Origin: Candidatus Doudnabacteria bacterium
Lineage (GTDB): Bacteria > Patescibacteriota > Doudnabacteria > UBA920
NCBI GenBank assembly: GCA_963837465.1
Contig: CAWINB010000001.1
Span: forward strand, 139,915 to 203,914
Length of the DNA: 64,000 nucleotides
Direction: 5' to 3'
Below the pieces are notes generated by a model, which saw only the letters and a program-made list of their open reading frames with translations, did no database searches and was not told where the DNA came from. How positions within the stretch are numbered: position 1 is the first letter of the stretch; each line of letters opens with the position of its first letter. The translations under genes were made by a program, and so were the position numbers. Positions 19,033 through 29,432 of the stretch are shown piece by piece.

Positions 19033-19761
19033 TTATAATTTTAGCCCTTTTAAAGCAATACGGCGCGCCAATTCCCAGACTTTGTTATGGATTTCTTCGG
19101 GAGGCAATAGTTTGCCACTTTGCACGCATTCCACCAGTTTGGTATTGGGAAACAGTTTGGCGATTTCCAGGTAAATTTTTTCCGCGTTTTTTAAGTGGTC
19201 AATATCGGCTTCATGCAAATCTTTTTTTTTGTGGGCGGATTTTTCGTCCGCGTTTTCGCGCCGCTTATCCATCAGCTCCAGAGTTTTTTCCGCCGGGATG
19301 TGTAAAATAATATTCAGGTCCGGCTTTGGGATGCCAAAAATATCGTATTCCAGATTATTGAGCCACTTAAAGTATTTAAAGCGCTCAACGTCATCGGCGA
19401 TTTTACCGCCCTGGTGCCCGGCGTTGGCCGTAACATAGCGGTTTGAGATTACAATTTTTCCTTCCGTTAGCCACTGCCTTAATTTAAAAGAGGCGTCGAA
19501 CCTGTCTATGGCGTAAAAAATGGAAGCCGCCTGAGGATTTATCTGGCCGTACTTGCCGTCCAGATACTGCTCCACCATGCCCGCGGATTTTTGGCCGTAT
19601 TGAGGAAAATCCGTTTCCTCAACCTGGTAGCCGTTAAGCCGCATCTCGTCCACCAATAAAGCGGTCTGCGTGGCCTTACCGGTGCCATCGGTGCCGTCTA
19701 TAACAATAAACCGCCCGCGCTGGATTTGATTTTCCTTTTTGGTTTTGCCGAATTTTAACAT
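19033..19761 (-). CDS. tmk: Thymidylate kinase
   Basis: P-loop FIVIDGTDGTGKATQ, DR motif, LID region; carries a C-terminal extension. Confidence 0.85.
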   Translation of the reverse strand: MLKFGKTKKENQIQRGRFIVIDGTDGTGKATQTALLVDEMRLNGYQVEETDFPQYGQKSAGMVEQYLDGKYGQINPQAASIFYAIDRFDASFKLRQWLTEGKIVISNRYVTANAGHQGGKIADDVERFKYFKWLNNLEYDIFGIPKPDLNIILHIPAEKTLELMDKRRENADEKSAHKKKDLHEADIDHLKNAEKIYLEIAKLFPNTKLVECVQSGKLLPPEEIHNKVWELARRIALKGLKL

Positions 19762-19765
19762 ACTG

Positions 19766-20317
19766 TTAACGAAGTTTTTTAATAATCTCTTCCGCTTTTT
19801 GGTACAGCTCCTCCAGGCTGCCGGAATTATCTATTCTAAAATCCGCCAAAGCGCCCTGGCCGGGAATTTCTTTTTCTATCCATTCCTGTTCCTGGAGTAA
19901 AAATTGCTCCAAACTTTCCGTCCCATCTTCTTTTTTTTCTTTGCGCCGCAAAAATCTTTGGTAGCGAAGCTCCGGCGGCGCGGTAATATAAATAATTTTT
20001 CCGCCCAGGCTTTTGGCGTCGGCAAACTGGTCGGGACGGCGCAAGCCGTTAATAACCACCATGGGAGCGCCGGATTCAAGCGCCCTTTTTTTAACCGCCT
20101 CTCCGATGATATGCTGCCCGAACACCATTTCCATTCCGCGGCCGGCGTCTATCTCGTCGCGCCTGGTAACCGGCAATCGCAAAACGCCCAACAGTTCGTC
20201 TAAAATCTTACTGGCGCGAATATGTTCGGCGCCGTAGCGGCTGACCAAATATTCCGCCACCGTATCTTTGCCCGCGAGTTTTTCTCCCAAAATGCCAATA
20301 ACCATTTGCGGCGTCAA
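19766..20317 (-). CDS. P-loop nucleoside/deoxynucleoside monophosphate kinase-like protein
   Basis: Walker A GEKLAGKDT; small (183 aa) kinase fold; sits in the dTTP-supply cluster. Confidence 0.5.
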   Translation of the reverse strand: MTPQMVIGILGEKLAGKDTVAEYLVSRYGAEHIRASKILDELLGVLRLPVTRRDEIDAGRGMEMVFGQHIIGEAVKKRALESGAPMVVINGLRRPDQFADAKSLGGKIIYITAPPELRYQRFLRRKEKKEDGTESLEQFLLQEQEWIEKEIPGQGALADFRIDNSGSLEELYQKAEEIIKKLR

Positions 20318-20319
20318 AA

Positions 20320-20760
20320 TTAATTTTTATAACCCCCTGTTGACCCAATCCCGCCGCGGTCCACCGGCCGCAATTCCGAAACTTCTTCCCACTGTGCCTG
20401 CTCTACCGGCAAAAACAGCCCTTGCGCCAGGCGCTCCCCTTTTTTTACTTCCACTTCCTGCCTGCTGAAATTATGGACTATAATATGGATTTCGTCATTG
20501 GGGCCGGCGTAATCGGGGTCCACCACGCCAATGCCGTTGGCCATGTTCAGCCCTTTTTTAAAAGCCAGGCTGCTGCGGGCCGCTATAAGCAAAAAATGCC
20601 CCCTGGGCGCTTGTATAACCAATCCCGTGGGGACTTTTGCCACTTCTCCCGGCTGAATGACTACATCGCCGCTCGCGGCAATATCAAAGCCGGCGGATTC
20701 GGAGGTGTGATATTGGGGAAGCTGGATGTCAGGCGATTTTTTTTTAATAAGGACTATCAT
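20320..20760 (-). CDS. dut: dUTP diphosphatase
   Basis: dUTPase motifs AGFDI, GLVIQAPRG, GVVDPDYAG, RLAQGLF. Confidence 0.9.
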   Translation of the reverse strand: MIVLIKKKSPDIQLPQYHTSESAGFDIAASGDVVIQPGEVAKVPTGLVIQAPRGHFLLIAARSSLAFKKGLNMANGIGVVDPDYAGPNDEIHIIVHNFSRQEVEVKKGERLAQGLFLPVEQAQWEEVSELRPVDRGGIGSTGGYKN

Positions 20761-20777
20761 AGTGTTATCTCATGGCT

Positions 20778-20887
20778 TCCCATCCCGGAATTTTTCAGGG
20801 TTTTATCTGGAAAATATCCGGGATCCAGGTCGTCGCTTAGTTCTGAATCCCGGATATTTTTACAGCCCTAAAAATTCCGGGATGGGA
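20778..20887. repeat. Nested hairpin element (cccatcccggaatttttcaggg...ccctaaaaattccgggatggg with inner aaatatccgggat/atcccggatattt)
   Basis: Inverted repeats read directly; a half-copy recurs at 30736–30780. Confidence 0.55.
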
Positions 20888-20906
20888 ACACAACGCTTTG
20901 GCTTAT

Positions 20907-21464
20907 TTAAAAATTGATCGATTTCATTACCTCATCTATCCCCCCAAACAACTCCTCCAAACTTCCCTCATTGACAATCGTCCAGTCCGCGCGGGCGATT
21001 GGTCCCGCCTGGCGCAGATTTTCTATCTGGGAATAATCCCGCGATATTAATTGTTCGGAAGTCAGCGGGCGGAAAGGCCTTTTTTCCATGCGCGCGATCC
21101 GGGTTTTGGGGCTGGAATATATTGCCAGAACCTTAAAAGCATCGCCGAATTGTTTTTTTACCTCCAGATATTCCTCCCATGAGTACAGGCTTTCCAGGAT
21201 TACCGGCGATTTTTCAAACGCCGCTTTTATTTTCGGCATATTGGCGATTGCCATGGCCGCCAAACCATTTTTATCCCGGTACTCTTCGCGCACAGTTCTT
21301 TCGTTGGCCTCGTTCAGCGGCAGGTTTCTGTTCGCGACCTCGTCTATTATTGCCTGCCCGAAATAAATTTTGGGCCACATCACTTTTTTGATTAAATATT
21401 CCGTGGCTTCAGTCTTGCCAGCTCCGGGCAATCCGACAATGGCGAGAACTATTTTATCACTCAT
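20907..21464 (-). CDS. P-loop (d)NMP kinase-like protein (paralog of 19766–20317)
   Basis: Walker A GLPGAGKTE; 185 aa. Confidence 0.5.
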   Translation of the reverse strand: MSDKIVLAIVGLPGAGKTEATEYLIKKVMWPKIYFGQAIIDEVANRNLPLNEANERTVREEYRDKNGLAAMAIANMPKIKAAFEKSPVILESLYSWEEYLEVKKQFGDAFKVLAIYSSPKTRIARMEKRPFRPLTSEQLISRDYSQIENLRQAGPIARADWTIVNEGSLEELFGGIDEVMKSINF

Positions 21465-21505
21465 AAGTTTAAATTTAAAATGGATATTGAACCGGCTTCG
21501 TTGCT

Positions 21506-22123
21506 TTACGATTCACTCATTTTAACCTGCCCTTCATTTTCCCTTACGGGAATTTCTTCGCTAAAAATTTGGCCCAATTCGTCACGCCACCTGGAATTTT
21601 CGCCGTAAACTTCCACGCTGACTCCGGCCTCTTTAAGCATATCCAGGGCCTGGGGATTGCGGTAAACTTTGCCAATAACAACCCTTTTAACGCCGCAGGC
21701 GATAATGTATTTGGAGCAGTGGATGCAAGGGCTGTATTTGGTGTACATAGTTGACCCCTGGGTTGATGTGCCGCCCTGCCTCGCCGCCTGCAGAAGGGAA
21801 TTATGCTCGCCGTGAATGGTGCGCACGCAGTGGCCTTCTTCCAAAAGATGCCCCGCGTCGTCGCAGTGCGGCAGCCCGGCCGGAGAACCGTTATAACCGG
21901 TGGCGATTATCCGGTTATCCTTAACCAAAACCGATCCGGCGTACAGGCGGTCGCAGGTGCCGCGGGCGGCGATAATTTTGGCAATAGCCATAAAATAATC
22001 GTCCCAGGAAGGGCGGTAATGCTTTCTTTCTTCGGACATAAAGGACATAGTTAAAAGTTTCCGCTCAAGGCGGATCCGCCTTGGGCGGAAAAAGTAGAAA
22101 GTGAAAAGTGCCTTGATTGCCAA
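21506..22123 (-). CDS. dCMP deaminase (ComEB family); true start probably at the internal MSFMSEE Met (~22047)
   Basis: Zinc-binding HAEHNSL...PCIHCSKYI motifs. Confidence 0.85.
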   Translation of the reverse strand: MAIKALFTFYFFRPRRIRLERKLLTMSFMSEERKHYRPSWDDYFMAIAKIIAARGTCDRLYAGSVLVKDNRIIATGYNGSPAGLPHCDDAGHLLEEGHCVRTIHGEHNSLLQAARQGGTSTQGSTMYTKYSPCIHCSKYIIACGVKRVVIGKVYRNPQALDMLKEAGVSVEVYGENSRWRDELGQIFSEEIPVRENEGQVKMSES

Positions 22124-22234
22124 GTTAATCTATTTTACACCAATTTTACCGTGTTGACAAAAAGCCAAAGCAAAATCTATTACAACATACTTCTGCCAAA
22201 AACAAGGGGAATCCTTTTTTATATGTAGGCCAGA

Positions 22235-23987
22235 TTACGCAAACCCTCCCGCCTGTATCTGCCACAGTTTTTGGTAAGTCCCCTGCTCAACTTTCAGCAG
22301 TTCTTCGTGCCGGCCCTGCTCCGAAATTCTCCCGTTCTCCAACACCACAATCCTGTCCATTTGCATTATCGTAGATAGCCGGTGGGCGATGACCGCGACG
22401 GTTTTGCCGCTCATTAAATTTTTTAAAGCCTCCTGAATATACTGTTCGCTTTCGCTGTCCAAAGATGATGTGGCCTCGTCCAAAACCAAAATCGGGGCGT
22501 TTTTGAGTATTGCCCGGGCAATGGCCACGCGCTGGCGCTCGCCGCCGGAAAGTTTTACTCCCCGCTCCCCGACAAAAGTTTGGTAGTTTTGGGGAAATTT
22601 GGAAATAAATTCGTGGGCGCAGCGCCAGCCTGGCCGCCTGCAGAACCTCGTCGTCCGTGGCCGTCGGTTTGCCGTAACGGATATTTTCCATTAAGGAACG
22701 GTGGAATAAAATCGCCTCCTGCGGCACTAAGGCAATATTGGCGCGCAGGCTTTCCTGCGTGGCTTTGGCAATGTTTTGCCCGTCGATTAAAATTTCGCCG
22801 CCGTTAATGTCCACAAAACGCAAAAGCAATTTTACAATGGTGGATTTGCCGCCGCCGGAGGGGCCGATTAAAGCCACGCGTTCGCCCGGGTTTATTTTGA
22901 TGTTAAAATTTTCCAAAACCGGCGAATTATTTTCATAAGAAAAGCTGACATTTTTAAATTCCACCAGGCCTTTGGCCACTTTTAGTTCAAAGGCCTTGGG
23001 AGCGTCGGCGACTTCGTGCGGGGTTCGCAAAATCTCCGTCATCTCGTTGGCATCGGCCACGCTCTCATAAACGCGCCGCACAAAACGTCCAAAATTCCAG
23101 AGCTGGCTGAAAATCTGGATTAAGTAAGCTTGCAGCAAAGCAAAATCGCCAACAGTTAACTGGCCTTTTTTCCACAAAAGCACGGCGCCGTACATTACGC
23201 CGAATTCCAAAATTACCACCAAAAACCCCTGCACCGTTTCCGAAAGCGTGCCCAAATTCCAGCCCAGCCGCCTTAGCCGGAACAGCTCGTTGGTCTGGTC
23301 CTTAAAATCCCGCAGCTCTTTGCTAAAGCCGTTAAACAGTTTCAGGTTGATGTTGTTGCTCACGGTATCCGCCAGCTGTCCGCTGACTTTGGTATCCTGG
23401 GCGGCCCGCGCCACATCATATTTTATTTTCCAGATGGTAAAGCGGTAATTAAAATAAACGTAAATAGCCGACCAGATTAAAATTATCCAGGCCAAAGGCG
23501 GAAAATAAAAAAACAGCACGATGATTATGATGCCGATTTGCAGAGTGACCTGGCAGAGGTTTTGGAATAAAATATCGGCCAAATCCTCAAAGGTCCGGCT
23601 GTAGCGGTTGATTTTGCGCACCAGGCTGCCGGCAAAATTGTTGGAGAAAAAAGTATAGGAATGCTTTTGCATGTAGGCAAAGCAGGTGTTTAAAAGATCC
23701 GACATTACGCGGGCTTCGTACAAAGACAAAGCAAACCCCGAAAGCCTCCAGGCCGCCCAGGAGCCCAATCCCACCCAAAAAATCCACCAAACTATGCCAA
23801 GCATTTGCGGAACGGCAGATATATGGTTCGCTGCCAGCAAATTAAACAAATCCTTAAACAAAAACGGCTGATAAGTATCAAACCCCACCCCCACAGCCAA
23901 ACTCAAAAGCACCAAAGCCACAGTTTTGGCGTAAGGTTTAGAGTGTTCTTTGAATATGTTAAATGTCTGGCGGGTTAGGGACTGCAT
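22235..23987 (-). pseudogene. ABC exporter (fused permease and ATPase, MsbA-like) with a frameshift near 22610–22625
   Basis: The 566-aa ORF carries 6 TM helices plus Walker A (GPSGGGKST) and then runs into nonsense after QAARLA. The downstream frame continues correctly as [20 protein letters not shown]...[16 protein letters not shown]...VLDEATS...IAHRLST. Confidence 0.7.
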
Positions 23988-24405
23988 AAATAATCGGTGT
24001 TTAAAATATAGTTGATGACTAAAAAATTACAGTCATATAAAATTTCTTCATGTATCAAAATCTTAATGAGGATTCGGTGGTCGAAGAGGCCGCTGAAGAA
24101 TTTGAGAAAGAAGAAAAATCCGCTACCCGCCAACCCACCCTCATAGAACAATTTGTTAGTGGAGAACTAGGCGGGTCCTGTTACTCCGAGTAACATCCGG
24201 CGCAACACCTGCTCCATCATCTGCAATCATAATCATCTGCCGCTTTAACTTGATTAAGGCCCGCATATGAACATGAAGATGCTGGAGCAGGCATCACTTT
24301 ATTTACTATATATTGTAAAGGTTTTAACCATAAAATAAAAGCTCTAATTGACAGCCAATAAAAAAAGTTTATAATAAATATATAATTATTATTCAGCAAA
24401 TAAGT

Positions 24406-24624
24406 ATGCCTATATTAACAAAAGAATTTTTTGATGAACTGGAAGATGGACAAAAATTTAGTTACGGAAGCTCCCAATATATCAAAGGGGGGGGAGTTGT
24501 GAAAATGTTGGGTAAGTACCGGGCTGGAGCCGAAGGACCTTTTTCCGAATTACGCATAGAACAGCCCATGAGCCAATTACTGGGAAGGAATGTGGAGATC
24601 TTAACGGAATCTAAAAAAGATTAG
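24406..24624 (+). CDS. Small hypothetical protein (72 aa)
   Basis: Isolated ORF in an AT-rich intergenic region; weak support. Confidence 0.25.
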   Translation: MPILTKEFFDELEDGQKFSYGSSQYIKGGGVVKMLGKYRAGAEGPFSELRIEQPMSQLLGRNVEILTESKKD

Positions 24625-24691
24625 TTTGGCGTTAGAATTGTTGCTAATTACTGGCTCGCTCCCACTTTTATTTAGACCCTATATTAAGGCA

Positions 24692-25495
24692 TCAATTAAA
24701 CTTGAATCCACTTCTTAAAGTTTCATCAACCAACTCCCCTCTCAAATAATATATCCGGTTATTGTAAACGGCGGCGATGCCGTTGTTTTGTTGGGTGGTG
24801 GCGGAGAATTGGAGGGCCGGTTGGTTATTTAAAAATGTGTTGGAGATGCCGGTTACGTCGGGGCTGTTTTTTAGTTCGGCATAGATGTCAGTTAGAGTTT
24901 GGTTGGAAGTGTTGTTGTAAACTTCTATGTAGCCCACTTCCTGGCCGGTGGAGATGTCAAAAAAGTTAACCAGGTTGGGGCCGGAAGTTTGGGCTTGCCA
25001 GTCGGCAGGCAGAGTTATTTGGAAACCTAAAAGTGAATTTTGGTAAAGCGTTTGGCTGGGCTGCGATGGCGGCAAAACATAAGCCGGGGGTTTTTGCGGT
25101 AACGGAGAATTTGGGGTCAGGGGGCCGCGCGGCATTATGTAAGTATTGCCCGGCAAAGTTGCCGGAATGTAGGCCGGGGAAGACGTGGAAATCCCCTCCA
25201 CGGAACCGGTGGTGGATGTGCCGACCTGTAAAAAAATCTGGCGGATTTGGTTAATGCTCGGCAAGTTAACCGCTGAAGAAGATGAAGGTTGGGGTAAGGT
25301 AATTTTTCCGCCGCTTGTTACCCACGCGACCCCAAAAACCAAAACCAGCACAACCAAAGCGCCTGTGCCAAAAAGCAGCGCCTTGGATTTTTCGCTGGAC
25401 TTTGTAACCGTAACGACAGCCGGGTCCGAAGCGGGCCCGTCTGTTGTCTGCGCCTGGTCATCAATATTAGTTGGCGGAAGCGGGTGATCGGACAT
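24692..25495 (-). CDS. Hypothetical membrane-anchored Pro/Ser/Thr-rich protein
   Basis: N-terminal TM helix followed by a low-complexity extracellular region. Confidence 0.45.
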   Translation of the reverse strand: MSDHPLPPTNIDDQAQTTDGPASDPAVVTVTKSSEKSKALLFGTGALVVLVLVFGVAWVTSGGKITLPQPSSSSAVNLPSINQIRQIFLQVGTSTTGSVEGISTSSPAYIPATLPGNTYIMPRGPLTPNSPLPQKPPAYVLPPSQPSQTLYQNSLLGFQITLPADWQAQTSGPNLVNFFDISTGQEVGYIEVYNNTSNQTLTDIYAELKNSPDVTGISNTFLNNQPALQFSATTQQNNGIAAVYNNRIYYLRGELVDETLRSGFKFN

Positions 25496-25499
25496 AGTT

Positions 25500-27071
25500 T
25501 TATAATGCTATCAAACTCTCCCCTGTCATTGTTTCCGGTTTGGGGAGGTTAAGAAGTCGCAAAATTGTCGGAGCGATATCGGCCAGGGAACCTTTGGATT
25601 TAAGCGGGATTTTTTGCCCGGGTGCGTGGCCGGCTAAAATAAACGGCACTAAATTTAAAGTATGCGCCGTGTGCCTTTCGCCGGTTTCCGGATGCACATT
25701 GACCTCGGCGTTACCGTGATCAGCCGTAATTATAGCTGACCCGCCCAACGCCAGAACTTTTTCCGCCACCCTTTTAAGCTCCCTGTCCACGGTTTCCACG
25801 GCTTGGATGATTGCGGGTTTGTTGGCGCTGTGGCCGACCATATCGGCGTTGGCAAAATTAATCAAAATAAAATCATCGCCGTCATCCAGTCGTTTTAGGG
25901 CAGCATCCGCGATTTCCCGCGCGCGCATTTCCGGCGCCTGGTCGTGGGTTTTAATGTCCCTGCGGCTGTCGATTAAAATCTGTTCCTCGTTTTGGCAAGG
26001 CTCCCGGCGACCGCCGTTAAAAAAATAGGTTACGTGAGCGTATTTTTCCGTTTCGGCGATACGCGACTGTTTTAATCCGGCGGCTGAAATTTCCGCGGCC
26101 AGAGTGGTTTGGGGCAGGGCTTTGGGAAAAGCCACGCTGCTTTCTATGGCAGGGTCATATTCGGTCATGGTCACAAAATACAAATTTTGCTTTTTGGCCC
26201 GTTCGGCGATTTTTCGCGCAAGCTGGCGCGGTCGGTCGGTCCGGAAATTAAAAAAGAAGATGCCGTCATTGTCTTTTACAAAATCAGGCCGGCCGCCAGG
26301 ATCCAAAAAAATCGTCGGTTCCAGCAGTTCATCCACAACGCCCTGTTTATAAAATTCGGCCATGGCTTCCGAGGGATTTTTTTCCGAGACCTGTCCTTTT
26401 CCCGTAAAAACCGCGTCCTCGGCTTTTTGGGTACGGTCCCAGTTTTTGTCGCGGTCCATGGCAAAGTAACGTCCTGTTGCCGAGGCGATAAAGCCCACGC
26501 CAAGATCCCCAATTATTTTTTCAAGCTCCCGCAAATACTCCGCCGCCTTTTGCGGAGCCACGTCCCGGCCGTCGGTAAAAACATGGATGGTAATTTTTTT
26601 CAGGCCGGCTCGTTTGGCCGCGCGCAAAAACCCGTAAAGATGTTCGCTGTGGCTGTGCACGCCGCCGTCGCTTAATAATCCCGCAATATGCAAAACGGAA
26701 TCATATTTTTTTACATGCTCAAATAAAGCCGTAAAAGCCGGATTCGCGTCAAAGCCTCCATTGAGCATATTTTTGGTAATGCGGACCAAATCGGTGTCTA
26801 TTACTCTGCCGGAACCCATGGTCATATGGCCGATTTCGCTGTTGCCAATCACGCCTTCCGGCAAGCCCACAAACTCCTCGCTGGCGTTTAATAAAGTATG
26901 GGGGTAATTTTGCCAGAGCCGGTCAAAAAACGGCGTGCGCGCCTCAAAAATAGCATTATGTTCGTGCTCCGGCCTGTATCCCCAGCCGTCTAAAACTATC
27001 AAGCAAATTGGATGTTTTATTGGTTGCATTTTTATGATTATAGCAGGAATACAAAATCCTATAAACAACAA
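25500..27071 (-). CDS. gpmI: 2,3-bisphosphoglycerate-independent phosphoglycerate mutase
   Basis: Conserved iPGM N-terminus (PICLIVLDGWGY), metal-binding ADHGN motif; 523 aa. Confidence 0.9.
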   Translation of the reverse strand: MLFIGFCIPAIIIKMQPIKHPICLIVLDGWGYRPEHEHNAIFEARTPFFDRLWQNYPHTLLNASEEFVGLPEGVIGNSEIGHMTMGSGRVIDTDLVRITKNMLNGGFDANPAFTALFEHVKKYDSVLHIAGLLSDGGVHSHSEHLYGFLRAAKRAGLKKITIHVFTDGRDVAPQKAAEYLRELEKIIGDLGVGFIASATGRYFAMDRDKNWDRTQKAEDAVFTGKGQVSEKNPSEAMAEFYKQGVVDELLEPTIFLDPGGRPDFVKDNDGIFFFNFRTDRPRQLARKIAERAKKQNLYFVTMTEYDPAIESSVAFPKALPQTTLAAEISAAGLKQSRIAETEKYAHVTYFFNGGRREPCQNEEQILIDSRRDIKTHDQAPEMRAREIADAALKRLDDGDDFILINFANADMVGHSANKPAIIQAVETVDRELKRVAEKVLALGGSAIITADHGNAEVNVHPETGERHTAHTLNLVPFILAGHAPGQKIPLKSKGSLADIAPTILRLLNLPKPETMTGESLIAL

Positions 27072-27244
27072 GTTATCGCGAAAATTAATTTAAAATTAAG
27101 CTTAATGCGCTATGGTTTTTATGGGCAATTCGGAGGAGTTGGAGGGATTGCCCTTACTATACTATCATTATTATTTAGGTTTTACGGATAGTTATTTATT
27201 TTTGTTTTGACTCATCCTAAAATCCTAAAGAAAGGAAAAATTAT

Positions 27245-27433
27245 ATGTGGCAACAATGGATAAACGGCATTTTAGGTTTGTGGGTACTTATTGCCTCCTA
27301 TTTGTATGTACCGTCCGGAGGCGACCGTGTGGCAATGCTGATTACAGGCATTGTAGTGGCCCTATTGGGCTTTTGGGGAGCGGCGAGCTCGAACGAATCC
27401 CAAAGCTCCAGCCGAAACCAAATGCAGCATTAA
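27245..27433 (+). CDS. Small two-TM membrane protein
   Basis: 62 aa, two hydrophobic helices. Confidence 0.35.
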   Translation: MWQQWINGILGLWVLIASYLYVPSGGDRVAMLITGIVVALLGFWGAASSNESQSSSRNQMQH

Positions 27434-27505
27434 TTTACAGCCACATGAGCCCGCGTTACGCGAAAATCGTGCCCATCGGCACGATTTTCGCTATGCTGTT
27501 AGAAT

Positions 27506-28000
27506 CTATTTTCCATCCGGTGTTTTGTTTTCCGGTTCTTCCGCCAGCCGTTTAATGCCTTCCATCTGCTTTTTGATTAACCGGTTATACAGGGGCGACA
27601 GCGCGCGGACCAGCATTTTGCTTCCGGGGCCGCCGTCAACAACTTCCAAGTTCAGCACGAGTTTGGTCGTGTTCTCGTCGACTTCGGTAAAGTGGTAAAA
27701 AACAGTGTTTTTCAGCTTGCCATGCCTTTGGCCTACGCCGAGTAATTCCGGTTTTTTATAGGCGATAACCTCGCCCTCAACTTCAATAACGCCGTTAATT
27801 TTTTGGCGGTATCTTGTTCCCACGGGGTTTTCGGGGTCCTTGAGGTTTTCATAAACCGTGTGCAGGTCCCCGCCCATCCAGCGCCTGATTTTATCGTCGT
27901 CATCCACACAGGCAAACGCCTTTCCTATGGGCGCGTTTATGATAATACTGTATTTTTTTTCCATAAAATAAGCGTAATAAGTAATGACTTTATCCCCCAC
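27506..28000 (-). CDS. SRPBCC (START/Bet v1/AHSA1-like) domain protein
   Basis: Size and beta-rich pattern typical of SRPBCC ligand-binding proteins. Confidence 0.5.
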   Translation of the reverse strand: MGDKVITYYAYFMEKKYSIIINAPIGKAFACVDDDDKIRRWMGGDLHTVYENLKDPENPVGTRYRQKINGVIEVEGEVIAYKKPELLGVGQRHGKLKNTVFYHFTEVDENTTKLVLNLEVVDGGPGSKMLVRALSPLYNRLIKKQMEGIKRLAEEPENKTPDGK

Positions 28001-28105
28001 TCTGGCTACAGTATACCAAAAAAATTCCCAAATAGAAAAATAAAGCCTTGGCAGCAGGCGGAGCCGCGGCCTTTCCCGGTTTATGGCTTATGTTTGCGGT
28101 TAGCT

Positions 28106-28495
28106 CTACTTTATTAAGCTATAAGGCCAAGGTACGGATAGCATGTACATCATAAGAACGGCTCCCAGCAGAGCCAGGTTTTTGTAGAAATTCACCCGGT
28201 TGCCCATTTTCATGTTTGGGTCGGTATCATTCCAATAAGCGTGCATCATAAAAGTTACGGGCAGCAGGAAAATTACCAACAGGGCCAGAGCGAAGCGCGC
28301 GTAAGCGCCGAGTAAAACTCCCAACCCTCCAAGGAGCAGCAACAAGCCGGTAAATCCTATGGCCAGCTTGGGCATTGGCACTTTTTTTGAAGCGGCGTAG
28401 CCGCTCATGCTGTTCAAGTTCTTAAAATGACCATAGCCGCTCATTATGAAAAAGCCGCCGAACAGCGCTCTTCCCAGGAGAAAAATGTATTCCAT
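28106..28495 (-). CDS. DoxX family membrane protein
   Basis: Four-TM, 129 aa; DoxX-like N-terminus (LGRALFGGFFIMSGYGHF). Confidence 0.65.
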   Translation of the reverse strand: MEYIFLLGRALFGGFFIMSGYGHFKNLNSMSGYAASKKVPMPKLAIGFTGLLLLLGGLGVLLGAYARFALALLVIFLLPVTFMMHAYWNDTDPNMKMGNRVNFYKNLALLGAVLMMYMLSVPWPYSLIK

Positions 28496-28622
28496 AAATT
28501 TATTTTATTTGCTAATGGATTAATACGTACATTACGGTGGTTGCGAAACTATAGTTTGACCCGATAAAATCGGCCGCTTAATGAGTTTTGCAACCATCTA
28601 ATATTGCGGAGATTCAATTATT

Positions 28623-29099
28623 CTAGCTCCGCTCGTCGGCGGAGGGGCCGTAAATAGAGGGTACTTTGGCTCCCATGGCCCGAAGGTAAGTTGTCAGCTG
28701 GCCGCGGTGGTGGATGGCGTCAAACAAAAAACCCCAGGCCATATCATACTTTTTTGTTTTCCATATTTCCCCCATATTGGCTTCGCCGTTCTCCCAGTCG
28801 CTTTCGGAAATGGCCGCAACGTCGTTCTGCAATTGATTTATTCCTTGGTCAAACTTGGCCAGCATATCAGCTTTACTTTGAGAACCCATTTCATGCGGAT
28901 TGAAGTCCGGGGCTCCTTTGGTTAAAATACCGGAAACAGCTTTCCATTGCGCGGCAATTTGCGCGGCAATATTTCCCGCTTCGCGGGATTTTTCATGGAC
29001 CTTATGGGTATGCTTGTCTTCCGGCAAAGCCTCTATGGCTTTTCTGAACCTTGGCGCTTCGTCTTTTAGCACCTTGGCAAAAAAATCTTTTGTCGTCAT
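28623..29099 (-). CDS. DinB/YfiT-like metal-dependent hydrolase superfamily protein
   Basis: Helical bundle with conserved His residues (H..H...HHRGQ). Confidence 0.5.
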   Translation of the reverse strand: MTTKDFFAKVLKDEAPRFRKAIEALPEDKHTHKVHEKSREAGNIAAQIAAQWKAVSGILTKGAPDFNPHEMGSQSKADMLAKFDQGINQLQNDVAAISESDWENGEANMGEIWKTKKYDMAWGFLFDAIHHRGQLTTYLRAMGAKVPSIYGPSADERS

Positions 29100-29432
29100 A
29101 TATTGTTGCTTTCTCGATTAATTTTTAGACTACCTTCATCCTAACAAATCCGGCCTCTCCTGCCAAGAAAACAAACTAAAACCTTACCAGCCAGAACTGC
29201 CTCCGGAGCAGTTAACACTTTTCCCAAAAAAAGATAATAAGGTACAATTTAAAAACTTCAAAAAATAAAGCTGTGTCCGTCCTTGCTCAAAGGCTTGGAG
29301 CGGAACACGGCATGGCATACGGTTGCATTTTACTTGAGTCTTCGAAAGACCCAAATCATGAGCAATCCGCCAGCGGCATCAACAATAAGGTTAGACTCTG
29401 CTATTGACTTTCGCCAATTAGATTGAATAGTC

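Noticed and set aside
22063-22092. 20 bp perfect palindrome ccaaggcggatccgccttgg (and a related 24 bp one at 31541–31564 upstream of tRNA-Glu)
   Set aside because: Two short palindromes sharing a ggcggatccgcc core could be operator or terminator hairpins. Two copies with no other context are too little to call a family or a function.
24040-24400. AT-rich intergenic region with a 48-aa acidic ORF and an imperfect hairpin (24208–24295)
   Set aside because: It has no recognisable motifs, low coding signal and no repetition elsewhere in the window.
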